The notes beneath the pieces are model-generated. The model was not told the DNA's origin, did not search any database, and saw nothing but the letters and a program-made list of their open reading frames with translations. 64,000 nt of DNA, taken from sequence record OM386653.1; one strand, given 5' to 3'. Source of the DNA: Escherichia phage vB_EcoM_ESCO8. Every line of letters starts with the position of its first letter. Positions within the stretch are counted from its first letter, which is position 1. The translations under genes and the position numbers were made by a program. Shown here piece by piece: positions 55,176-64,000 of the stretch.

Positions 55176-57137
55176 TTATGTGCGTTTAGCAACAATAGCA
55201 TCCACGTAATCACCAACACCACAATATGTTAGTTGTAGTATTGTTACTCCGTTAGGATCTGTATTAATATCACTAGAACCAATTACTTTATAAGATGGAT
55301 CTAAAGTAACAGTACGACCTCCAGTGGCATCTTGGATAAGATAAACTATTGCAGAGAATGGTTTAGGTTTTGTGCTATCTTCGACACCAGGCCATGCTTT
55401 TATAGTAGAGTTACCAGTAAGATTCAACACATTCATGTTATGTGTTCCTGGAGGTGTCCAGTCACCTGTAACAGAGTTGTTGGTATATGCTGTAACCTCT
55501 ATAAAATTAGTTGTTACTTTTGTTGGAACTATATCTTGACCATCTACAGAACTGGTGAGTTCTTCCCATGCTCCATCTTTACGAGCATAGATCTTACCGT
55601 CACTAGGTGCATCTGTAATGCTAGGTAGTGTACCTTGAGAAGTCCAGACAGTTGCAGATGTTTTTAAGAACACCTCGCCAGTGGAGATATTAAAGGCATA
55701 ATCCCCTTGTTTACCATCACTAGAGATTGGATCTGTTGTTTTAACAATCCAAGTTGCACCGTCTGTACCGTTAGTACCAGCGTCACCTTTCTCACCCTTA
55801 TCACCTTTCAAACTGCCCATATCTACATATTCAGCAGTTTGAGTTTGTTCATCATAGGTGTAAATGTAAAGATGACCTGTGTCTTCCGTTAGATAAGCAT
55901 CACCGTAATTGGATGTAGGAGGAAGTGCACTTGCAGACGCAACGTGTCCTTTTGCAGTGATTGGAGTACCAGCTAAACGACCAACATTTGTCCACTGTGT
56001 GGCTCCTTGCAACCAAACCCAAAGTTCATTATTGATCAGATAACCATCACCATCTTCTCCAGTTTGTGGTAGTTCAGAAGTGTCAGTCAGAATATCAATA
56101 ATGGTCAACCCTGCACCAGTTGGCCCCGTCAAGCCTTGTATACCCTGCTCACCTTGATCACCCTTGTCTCCCTTATCACCTTTTTCTCCTTTCAGAGAGG
56201 CAATATATTCGTCAATAGTACCAACGTTACCAGCGTTTAACCAGACTTGATAAGCTGAATCACCAGTGTTACCCTTATCTCCTTTGTCGCCTTTATCTCC
56301 TTTTGGCCCCACTATAGCACCCATATTGATCCATTCTACACCGTTTGACACGTATAGATATGTACCAATACTCCATGCTTGAGATGTGTTTCCAGGAGAT
56401 GCAGAAGGAAGATCTGAAACGGAATTAGCTGCACCTTGGTAATCAAAACCATTAGCATTGTTACCTGGTACACCTTGTGGCCCCTCTGGGCCAGGCTCCC
56501 CTTTATCACCTTTAATTGAAGCAAGATAATCTAGTTCTGTACCTTGGTTTCCTGCTGCAAGCCAAACTTGATAAGCTGATTTACCTTCTGGCCCCTGTGA
56601 GTTTACTTTTCTCCAAGCAGTACCATCCCAAGCATACATATTCTCGCCTACAATCCATGCATCTCCTGCATTGTTTCCAGTTGTAGGTAATTGGTTGGTA
56701 TTAGATAGCGTCCCTAGCAGCTTTAATGGAGCACCTGGATCACCTTTTAAAGAAGCCAACCACTCTGTCTCAGTACCTTGGAAACCATTGTCTACGGCAA
56801 TCTGGTAAGCTGATTTACCAGCTTCTGGAATGGATTCTCTAAGATCTTCAATTTCAGCTTCAATAGCATCTAATTCTGATTCTATTTGAGCAATGTCATC
56901 TGCATTACCCACATTTTTCCAAGCTGTATCTGAAATACCTCCAGTAGATGTAGGAGTAGAGTTAGCAGGTACAACTTTAGGTAGAGAACCTTTCCACTGA
57001 TAGTAGTTACCGTCAGTTTCAAAGAGCAATGCTTCACGAGCATCTCTTAAGGTAAAACCACTTGCAAAACTTCTACGCTTTCTATAGCGAGACTCTACCA
57101 TGTCTGCAATGGCACTATTTGGACGTGTTAAAATCAC
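55176..57137 (-). CDS. Tail fiber protein with collagen-like Gly-X-Y repeats
   Basis: 653 aa; runs GDKGDKGDKGNTG and GEKGDKGDKGDQGEQGIQGLTGPTG. Confidence 0.65.
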   Translation of the reverse strand: MILTRPNSAIADMVESRYRKRRSFASGFTLRDAREALLFETDGNYYQWKGSLPKVVPANSTPTSTGGISDTAWKNVGNADDIAQIESELDAIEAEIEDLRESIPEAGKSAYQIAVDNGFQGTETEWLASLKGDPGAPLKLLGTLSNTNQLPTTGNNAGDAWIVGENMYAWDGTAWRKVNSQGPEGKSAYQVWLAAGNQGTELDYLASIKGDKGEPGPEGPQGVPGNNANGFDYQGAANSVSDLPSASPGNTSQAWSIGTYLYVSNGVEWINMGAIVGPKGDKGDKGDKGNTGDSAYQVWLNAGNVGTIDEYIASLKGEKGDKGDKGDQGEQGIQGLTGPTGAGLTIIDILTDTSELPQTGEDGDGYLINNELWVWLQGATQWTNVGRLAGTPITAKGHVASASALPPTSNYGDAYLTEDTGHLYIYTYDEQTQTAEYVDMGSLKGDKGEKGDAGTNGTDGATWIVKTTDPISSDGKQGDYAFNISTGEVFLKTSATVWTSQGTLPSITDAPSDGKIYARKDGAWEELTSSVDGQDIVPTKVTTNFIEVTAYTNNSVTGDWTPPGTHNMNVLNLTGNSTIKAWPGVEDSTKPKPFSAIVYLIQDATGGRTVTLDPSYKVIGSSDINTDPNGVTILQLTYCGVGDYVDAIVAKRT

Positions 57138-57154
57138 TTTACTACTCCTTTTAT

Positions 57155-57176
57155 AAAGGGGCTTTCGCCCCTTTTT
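57155..57176 (-). terminator. Rho-independent terminator
   Basis: AAAGGGGC-tttc-GCCCCTTT with flanking T run, 3' of tailspike gene. Confidence 0.6.
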
Positions 57177-57178
57177 AA

Positions 57179-59593
57179 TTAAGCATTATTGACAGTAACA
57201 AAAGTAACAGGATTCAGAGCTTTAATTTGTGTATTCTCTGCTGTAGGTGTTACAATTGGATCTGCAATATCTATTGTGTACAAACTATTTGTCACGTATG
57301 TAGCACGTGCTATAGTTGTCACAAGATCGCCGCCATTTGCACCTGCACCTGGAATAACAATCTTAGTACCTGCTGCTTTAGCGTAGCCATTACTAGCCCA
57401 GTTTAAAGCATTAGACTGTAGATAGGTTTGACCTGTAACAGTTGCTTTTATTTTCTCGTTGGCACTAAAGAAAGCACCACCTACTGTAACAACATGTTTT
57501 TTACCGCTTGCACAATGAATAACTGTTCCAGTAGGGAATTCACGCCCACCTGGGAATTCATCATAAGCTGTAAAATATTGTTCAGAAATAGTAGTTAAAA
57601 CTGGCCCACGATGACCTGTACCATCAACAGCAGTTGGAACACCAAAGTTATTTCCAACCTGATCGCAACGATCAGTGTAGATTTTAGCAAAAGAAACTGT
57701 TGTTTCATCTCCGCTAAGTGCTGTACATCCTACCCACTTCATATACGTGAATTGGCTGCGAGTATAGAAACCGCCACCACTTCCTTCTCCGCTTCCGTGT
57801 TGACCAATAAAGTCAATACTACGGCAACGAATATTATTAAAGGTAGAGCTAGATGGTAGCCCACGCCATTTAAAAACATTACAATTGATGTTACTAACAA
57901 TTGTAGAGTTTTCCCAGGCATCTGATCCAGCCGTTGCAATCTCAATTGAAGATTCTGGAATATCCAAATTCTTAATTGTAAAGTTAATTGGTGGCCCCGC
58001 ATATCTTCCACTGTTAACACCCCAGTCAATAAAGACCATGCGTGTTGAAACAGACGGATCATTAAGCAGATAACCAGTTAAACCATCAACTTCAAAATCT
58101 TGGCATCCGTATAATGCAACACCACAAGTAGTTAAACCTGTACCTGTTGAAACTGCTGTGTTAGGATAAACTTCGTTATCACGTATTGTGAAGTTTTTAC
58201 CCATTTCAACGTGTAGACATTGACGGCAATTGTAAACCCTATTCCCAACGATACTGAAATTACGTACATATTGTGAGTCAGGAACATCAACACCATATGG
58301 GCCACTACCTGCTACACCAATACCAATACCCCAGTTTGCCCCTTGTCCAGAAGCATCTACGTTAGCAATGTGGTTATTCTCGATAATCAAACCTTCAGTG
58401 TAGTGTTTTTGAACTACGTTAAGTTCAATAGCATCACCTTTAATATCGTGAATATAGTTGTTAGAGTAACGCCCGTAGGTCATTACTTCTCCAGTACCTT
58501 GTTGCAGGATCGCATATTTACAACCATACATTTCGTTGTAACTGAAGTCCAACGTACCTTCACTTGTCATTGCTTGCATTAAGAATGCTGCTGTAGATGT
58601 TGCGTTGGAGAAGATATTACGATAGAATCGGCAATCACCACCTAACATCTTAACATAACATTTTTCAAAGCGAACGTTTTCCATCCAACAGGACACAGTA
58701 GAAATCATTGTTCCACCGTTACCAGTGAATGTACCACCATACCAACGAATACCAGACATAGCAATTGAGCTTGTGAATCTATAATTCTTATCTGCACGTA
58801 CTTGAATGTTATTCGTGTTAGCGAAAGTAATAGTTTTTAAAATTGCTTGAGTATCATCGGTAACTCCATCACCAATTGCACCAAACTGCTCAGGCGTTAC
58901 AAAGTATTGAGCTTGTAACAGGTTGCCTCCAGATGGAAGACCAACCATTGCTGCACCAGTGGTAGATGACAAAAGGTTTTTCTCTACGTAAGAAGTAGAG
59001 GCTGTTGTTTTACCAATAAAAGCAAACAATTTGTTAGGTAGACCAGTAGACGGATCTAAACCTAATGGTTCTGCCAGAATAATTTTACTATCTCTGATAG
59101 TAAATGCTTCACCTTGAATCTGAATTACACCGTTAATGGTGACAATAGCATTATCAAAGATATAAGGAGGACTGATTTCTGTTTCATATCCTGTAGCACC
59201 TTTAAAATACCAAGGATACACATCTGAAGCTAACTGTTCAGTTTTAAGAGCGTATAGAGTCCAGTTACTGTCTCCTACAGGTGTACCCTGCATAGGTACA
59301 GGGTTCGCAGTAGTGGCAGATGGGGCATAATAGTACCCACTCAAGATACCGTTTTCAAAATAACGTAACTGGTTAAATACAGTTTCAGTTGATCCTGCTG
59401 ACCAAGCAACAGGACTCTTAAAGAAGAAGTTATCAACAAGTGCTTTACGCAGTGTAGGTATTAAACCTGTTTCGGTTTCTACAGTTGCTGTAGCATCTCC
59501 ATTAATAACATCATGCATCTGGTTAGACGAGAATATAACAAGATCAACACCTTGTTCTAGTGTCGTAGCAGGATATGTTGGAAAATTCGCCAT
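57179..59593 (-). CDS. Tailspike protein (pectate-lyase-like beta-helix)
   Basis: 804 aa; GAIGDGVTDDTQAIL motif typical of beta-helix depolymerases; G/N/S-rich repeats. Confidence 0.65.
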   Translation of the reverse strand: MANFPTYPATTLEQGVDLVIFSSNQMHDVINGDATATVETETGLIPTLRKALVDNFFFKSPVAWSAGSTETVFNQLRYFENGILSGYYYAPSATTANPVPMQGTPVGDSNWTLYALKTEQLASDVYPWYFKGATGYETEISPPYIFDNAIVTINGVIQIQGEAFTIRDSKIILAEPLGLDPSTGLPNKLFAFIGKTTASTSYVEKNLLSSTTGAAMVGLPSGGNLLQAQYFVTPEQFGAIGDGVTDDTQAILKTITFANTNNIQVRADKNYRFTSSIAMSGIRWYGGTFTGNGGTMISTVSCWMENVRFEKCYVKMLGGDCRFYRNIFSNATSTAAFLMQAMTSEGTLDFSYNEMYGCKYAILQQGTGEVMTYGRYSNNYIHDIKGDAIELNVVQKHYTEGLIIENNHIANVDASGQGANWGIGIGVAGSGPYGVDVPDSQYVRNFSIVGNRVYNCRQCLHVEMGKNFTIRDNEVYPNTAVSTGTGLTTCGVALYGCQDFEVDGLTGYLLNDPSVSTRMVFIDWGVNSGRYAGPPINFTIKNLDIPESSIEIATAGSDAWENSTIVSNINCNVFKWRGLPSSSTFNNIRCRSIDFIGQHGSGEGSGGGFYTRSQFTYMKWVGCTALSGDETTVSFAKIYTDRCDQVGNNFGVPTAVDGTGHRGPVLTTISEQYFTAYDEFPGGREFPTGTVIHCASGKKHVVTVGGAFFSANEKIKATVTGQTYLQSNALNWASNGYAKAAGTKIVIPGAGANGGDLVTTIARATYVTNSLYTIDIADPIVTPTAENTQIKALNPVTFVTVNNA

Positions 59594-59934
59594 TAATTTT
59601 TGTCCTTACTTTGTGTGCGCTTTGTAATCTCCTCTAGCATTAATTGAACAGGAGCATTTTTTAAATCCATTATTTTTTCAATCTTCTGTTCTAAGGCAGT
59701 ATTATTTGCCATTAATGTAGAGTTGATCTGGTTAAGCATTTGAGCAAGTTCTGCTTTGGTAGCATAAGTGGATTCAACAAACACCAACTTCTTTTCTAGT
59801 TCGCGGTATTTGTCTTCCATTTTATCCAAATCACTTGCCATATCATCTATCTTCTGTTTGAAGACCACCCAGATTACGCCAATAAGAGGGATAATCGCCT
59901 CTTTAGCGATATCCCATACTTCTGTTAGCTCCAT
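59593..59934 (-). CDS. hypothetical membrane/coiled-coil protein
   Basis: ORF track 113 aa; one TM helix then coiled coil. Confidence 0.5.
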   Translation of the reverse strand: MELTEVWDIAKEAIIPLIGVIWVVFKQKIDDMASDLDKMEDKYRELEKKLVFVESTYATKAELAQMLNQINSTLMANNTALEQKIEKIMDLKNAPVQLMLEEITKRTQSKDKN

Positions 59935-59943
59935 ACATTGCCC

Positions 59944-60495
59944 CTATTTCTTAGGTCTTGTAGGCCAAGTTATATTAGGTGCATCTTCAACGTTAATTTG
60001 AATTAATGTTGCACGATAGAGTTTAACTTTTCCTAACCAATCTTTTTGTTCTTCAGATAAACCTTGTAATTCCTCTAAATCTTGAATCGCAGACACTTGA
60101 TTCGTAGCCCAAGTTAGCTCCTTTTCTAACTTAAGAGTAGCATCTTCAATAGCAAGATTATTGTGAGGAACAAACTTACCTTCAACATATTGCCAAGAGC
60201 CAATGTTACTTTCATCTTCTATTTTATCTGGTACATTATATGTAACTAAAATAGATTGTCCGGCAGGGAAATAGGTAGTAACATCTTTAGTAGCACCACG
60301 TACAATATTATTATCATCTAAGGTAATAAAATAAGCGTCGGGATATTCTACCATCAAAGTTTTTTGAAGCTGATACCAGTCGTTACCATCTTTGTCTTGC
60401 AAAAAACCACCACCAACAGAAAGATAAAGAATATTTTCTTCTGTTAACTCTGGTTCATACAATTCAAAACCTGTAAAAATAACGTCTTTTTTCAT
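59944..60495 (-). CDS. hypothetical tail-associated protein
   Basis: ORF track 183 aa; in tail gene block. Confidence 0.5.
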   Translation of the reverse strand: MKKDVIFTGFELYEPELTEENILYLSVGGGFLQDKDGNDWYQLQKTLMVEYPDAYFITLDDNNIVRGATKDVTTYFPAGQSILVTYNVPDKIEDESNIGSWQYVEGKFVPHNNLAIEDATLKLEKELTWATNQVSAIQDLEELQGLSEEQKDWLGKVKLYRATLIQINVEDAPNITWPTRPKK

Positions 60496-60504
60496 AGACT
60501 CTCC

Positions 60505-61488
60505 TTACGAAACGTTGGTTACTGTTATCCAGCTACCATTAATATAATATTGTAGCGGGGCTGACCAATACCAAGCACCACGAAGTTCTTTCTTGTCACC
60601 AAAACCCCAACCTGTGATCACGTGACCAGCATAGAAACGAGACTCAGATACACCAGCTTGGATACGTGTTCCAAGACGGATAGCAGACACAACAGAAGAA
60701 ACTCTATTGTTAATGCTATTAATTTGGCCTTGCAAGTTACTATTAACGTTGTTAATATTATTTTGCAGTGTGCTTTGCAATGAGTTTAGTCTGGAGTTAA
60801 GATAATCTAATCTTACAAGAGCATTACCATTGCCAGTATCTTGACCAGAATTAGAACGAGGATTGTCTATTAAAACATAACCTGCATCATACAAACGGAC
60901 TCCACAAGATGTTCCTCCAGTAGATGGATTTATTCTATAAATATAGAGTTGACCACCTGCACCTGGTTCAGAAGACATATTGCCTACTGTTTGTCCATTA
61001 TAGTTTCTAAAAAATAATGTTGCAGGATCTGTAGCACCTGTACCACAAGTGTAAATATCACCTGCATAGATAGCACCACCATTATCACGCTTAACAAGGA
61101 CATTCCCTACAACTTGGTTTGATGTTGCGTCTGTAATGTTAGCTGATAAGTGATTATGGCTGTTATCTACTACTTGAATAGATAATGTTACAGCAGCATT
61201 ACCATTCCATGTGACTTCACCTGTAGCATCACCTGCCATTGTAATTTTAGTACCGACTATAGGAAGATATGTAGTAGGCAATGTTGGGAAGAATTCATCT
61301 TGCATATAGCGAATCCAAGACCCAATATTGTTTAAGATCCAGTTCATTTCTTCACAAGTCATAATCTGACCAAAGTCCATACCAACATTACGGATGGTTT
61401 CTTTTGGTCTAATCTTGTTTGTGTTTCCCGTTCCTGGGAGGGTTACTGTTTGTGTCGCCCAGTCAGGGTAGTATTGTGGCTTTGCCAT
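60505..61488 (-). CDS. Putative tail fiber protein
   Basis: 327 aa; G/N/T-rich repeats and C-terminal coiled coil. Confidence 0.45.
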   Translation of the reverse strand: MAKPQYYPDWATQTVTLPGTGNTNKIRPKETIRNVGMDFGQIMTCEEMNWILNNIGSWIRYMQDEFFPTLPTTYLPIVGTKITMAGDATGEVTWNGNAAVTLSIQVVDNSHNHLSANITDATSNQVVGNVLVKRDNGGAIYAGDIYTCGTGATDPATLFFRNYNGQTVGNMSSEPGAGGQLYIYRINPSTGGTSCGVRLYDAGYVLIDNPRSNSGQDTGNGNALVRLDYLNSRLNSLQSTLQNNINNVNSNLQGQINSINNRVSSVVSAIRLGTRIQAGVSESRFYAGHVITGWGFGDKKELRGAWYWSAPLQYYINGSWITVTNVS

Positions 61489-61501
61489 TAAGAGTAACTC
61501 C

Positions 61502-62131
61502 TTATTCTATTTGAGCTATCAGCATAGTCATTCGCCCTGTATCATCTCCTTCAGCCTCGGTGTAAAGAGAACCTAAACCACCTATACCATGAGGTGGAGT
61601 TGTGGCATAATAGGAAGTGAAACCAAAGGCTGCACCCGCTTTCGCACCTAAGCGATAACTACTTAGGATCGGGAAAACGTTAAGTAACTGTGCTACTGCC
61701 TGATCGGATTGTAGACACAAATTATAAAAGAATACGTCGAATGTTTTATTTAATCCAACGTATGTATTGATCGTTTCTTTTTCTGTTCCTGTAAAACGAG
61801 CGAACATATCAATGATATCATCTCGCGTACCAGAAGACGCAACACGATAAGCCCTGATTTTTAATATTGTACGATACTCTTCATCTGTAGCACCATTTCT
61901 TTCCATTCCCATCTCTTCACCAATAAGATCTAAATACTTACCAGTTGCAGTAGAGATTAAGCGGTGTTTGGCAAGATAGATCATTGCCTGATCTATCTTT
62001 TGTTTTTCGCTAGAAATGATATAGAGTAGTTTGACAATGTTCGGAGAAGATTTAAAATCTTCAATCAGTAGGTCTTTAACATCTTCATTGATACTATCCC
62101 ACGTTGTCACATGGTCAACACTCACTGCCAT
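61502..62131 (-). CDS. hypothetical baseplate/tail protein
   Basis: ORF track 209 aa; adjacent to baseplate J-like gene. Confidence 0.45.
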   Translation of the reverse strand: MAVSVDHVTTWDSINEDVKDLLIEDFKSSPNIVKLLYIISSEKQKIDQAMIYLAKHRLISTATGKYLDLIGEEMGMERNGATDEEYRTILKIRAYRVASSGTRDDIIDMFARFTGTEKETINTYVGLNKTFDVFFYNLCLQSDQAVAQLLNVFPILSSYRLGAKAGAAFGFTSYYATTPPHGIGGLGSLYTEAEGDDTGRMTMLIAQIE

Positions 62132-62133
62132 TT

Positions 62134-63621
62134 TTAGACTCCGTACTCGTAGGAAATATTATCAAGGTCAAAGGATGGTACAACATTGTACGCTGGAGTG
62201 ATATCTCCCTCATTATATTTACTGTCATCCTCAGTATTAAGTTTAACATAAACACGGAGAGAAGTCAAGCGTCCGAACGCAAGTGCAGAATAAATTACAC
62301 CTTTTATCTGATCGTTAGTTACTGTTGACCCTAGCTCAAAATAAGCCTGTAAGTTTGCAAGAGCAGAAACAATATTTTCCCTTTCTGTTGTACTTAGCAC
62401 ACTACCATTGCCAGTTTGATACACCAGTTTAAGTGAATATTCAGCATTGTCACCAGGAGAAAAACGAATTACTTCTTGACCGCCATCTTCTGTTACGATA
62501 GTAATTGCTGTTGTACCATAGGTTAAGGTGTTAATAGGCTTAGTATTATAAATAACCTGTGCAACTTCTTCTGCTGTACCACCATACACAATAGTCTGGA
62601 ATGTCATAGCTGGAGCATGTTCCTGATCATGTAATGTAGGGTTATCATAAATCTTAACCTTTGTCACACCATCTGTCAGTAGCAGAGCTTTAACAATAGC
62701 AGCACGAGTAGCAGCATTAGCTTCATCCATATTATCATTGAAACGAGAACGGAATTCTGCATCTGTTTCAACATCTGTACCTGGAGAGAATGGATAGAAG
62801 TTACCTGTATCTAAAAAGCCTGTAAACGTTGAAGAAATACCTGTGATACTTTCTGTACCTACTGGATTATAACCAACGTCTGAACACGTAACTGGAATTT
62901 CACTCCATTTTGTACCAATTGCAATAGATGCGTAAAATTTCACTGGTGTTACTAGACCTATTGGGTTAACATTATCTTCTGGATTATAACCCATATAAAC
63001 ATTACTAGCATCATTCCATACTAAAGCACGATCTGTTGTTGATACGTTAGCTTTAATGAAATTCGTGAGATCTAAAATAAAGTTTGTATTGCTAGGACTT
63101 AATGTTTTACTGTTAAGACCACCATCAATAGCACTTTGAATGTAGAAAGTAATAGAAGTTTCACCAGAAGCTGTTGCGTTTGCTTTAGAAATGGTGTATG
63201 CTCCAATCTTAGCATTCAACATTGTTGGTGCACTGATATAATATGTCAAATCGTTATCGGCATTAAAATAAACATCTGTGCTTAGTTCATAAGTCCAAGC
63301 TGCCTTATTGTTAGATTTAACATAAGCATAACCACTACCAGCAGAAGCAGCTTTACGATAAAAACCTCTTTTAGAGAAGATTTCATCAAGGTAAATACCT
63401 TCTGCACCATCTAAGGTTTGGGTATTGTAAACACCTTGCATACCTTCCCAAAGGGTGTAATCTGTATATGCAATAATACGAAACAGTTGACCAAAGACAG
63501 TATCTTCAGATGTAGCTGTATCTGCACCGAAAGTGTTTTTCAATGCTGTCATATAATTATTTAAAATATCATCAAACGTTGGAATTACAAAACCAGCATC
63601 TGTTAAACCATAATCTGCCAT
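62134..63621 (-). CDS. Baseplate J-like protein (tentative)
   Basis: 495 aa; size, position and N-terminal pattern consistent with baseplate J family; not motif-verified. Confidence 0.4.
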   Translation of the reverse strand: MADYGLTDAGFVIPTFDDILNNYMTALKNTFGADTATSEDTVFGQLFRIIAYTDYTLWEGMQGVYNTQTLDGAEGIYLDEIFSKRGFYRKAASAGSGYAYVKSNNKAAWTYELSTDVYFNADNDLTYYISAPTMLNAKIGAYTISKANATASGETSITFYIQSAIDGGLNSKTLSPSNTNFILDLTNFIKANVSTTDRALVWNDASNVYMGYNPEDNVNPIGLVTPVKFYASIAIGTKWSEIPVTCSDVGYNPVGTESITGISSTFTGFLDTGNFYPFSPGTDVETDAEFRSRFNDNMDEANAATRAAIVKALLLTDGVTKVKIYDNPTLHDQEHAPAMTFQTIVYGGTAEEVAQVIYNTKPINTLTYGTTAITIVTEDGGQEVIRFSPGDNAEYSLKLVYQTGNGSVLSTTERENIVSALANLQAYFELGSTVTNDQIKGVIYSALAFGRLTSLRVYVKLNTEDDSKYNEGDITPAYNVVPSFDLDNISYEYGV

Positions 63622-63866
63622 TAATTATCCTCCTTATCAGGGGCAGGTGATCTGCCCCAACGTAAATCTATTAAATTCTTCATTAGTCTGGATGGTGTGA
63701 TCATAAAAACAAAAGCCCAGCCCATCCATTCAGGAATTTCTTTATCAATTCCCAAATAAATAAACATACTGGACATAACAATCATACCAATAGCATTCCA
63801 AACTTTAGTAGAACTGACTTTATTATCAGGATATGTACAGAACATACCTATTAAAAATTTTCTCAT
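63621..63866 (-). CDS. hypothetical small membrane protein
   Basis: ORF track 81 aa; two hydrophobic helices. Confidence 0.4.
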   Translation of the reverse strand: MRKFLIGMFCTYPDNKVSSTKVWNAIGMIVMSSMFIYLGIDKEIPEWMGWAFVFMITPSRLMKNLIDLRWGRSPAPDKEDN

Positions 63867-64000
63867 GGTGCGTTCTCATTACTTTTTAAATCACGATATA
63901 CAGCTAATTCCCCAAGGTCTACAGAACCCGCTGAATGCACAAGTACAGCAGCACTAAGACTAAAAGCAGTTCACCTGATTCATTCATAATATTACCGTAA

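Noticed and set aside
53250-64000. Prophage or integrated mobile element interpretation
   Set aside because: No integrase, attachment-site repeats or host flanking genes are present; gene content is that of a lytic phage genome.

Overview
This window is a 64-kb segment of a virulent tailed-phage genome; no rRNA, tRNA, CRISPR array or transposon was seen. The host is probably enterobacterial, inferred from near-consensus sigma70 promoters, an E. coli-like NrdG N-terminus and an SSB-tail motif. All calls rest on reading the sequence and recalled family motifs; no database search or folding program was run, so product names are hypotheses and boundaries of small genes are approximate. Layout: (1) 1-9.35 kb, a leftward array of about 28 small early genes, many with their own sigma70-like promoter followed by a conserved 5' leader hairpin; (2) 9.35-10.7 kb, a GC-rich, repeat-rich control region with strong divergent promoters, Fur-box-like repeats and three ~70-bp tandem repeats; (3) 10.7-15.6 kb, a leftward block with a NADAR-domain protein, a T5orf172-type nuclease-like protein with tandem zinc ribbons and an AAA ATPase; (4) 15.7-53.2 kb, a rightward block with an SF1 helicase, anaerobic ribonucleotide reductase NrdD/NrdG, a second AAA ATPase paralog, a translationally coupled HAD-PRTase-macro triad, a TerC/TelA-like/vWA/TerD module, a cell-wall hydrolase, a glycosyltransferase cassette, primase-helicase, family A DNA polymerase, a CCA-type nucleotidyltransferase, an SSB-like protein and a DNA methyltransferase; (5) 53.2-64 kb, leftward tail fiber, tailspike and baseplate genes. 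The best candidates for an undescribed system are the phage-borne Ter-like module with its HAD-PRTase-macro triad, and the NADAR protein as a possible counter to DNA ADP-ribosylation.
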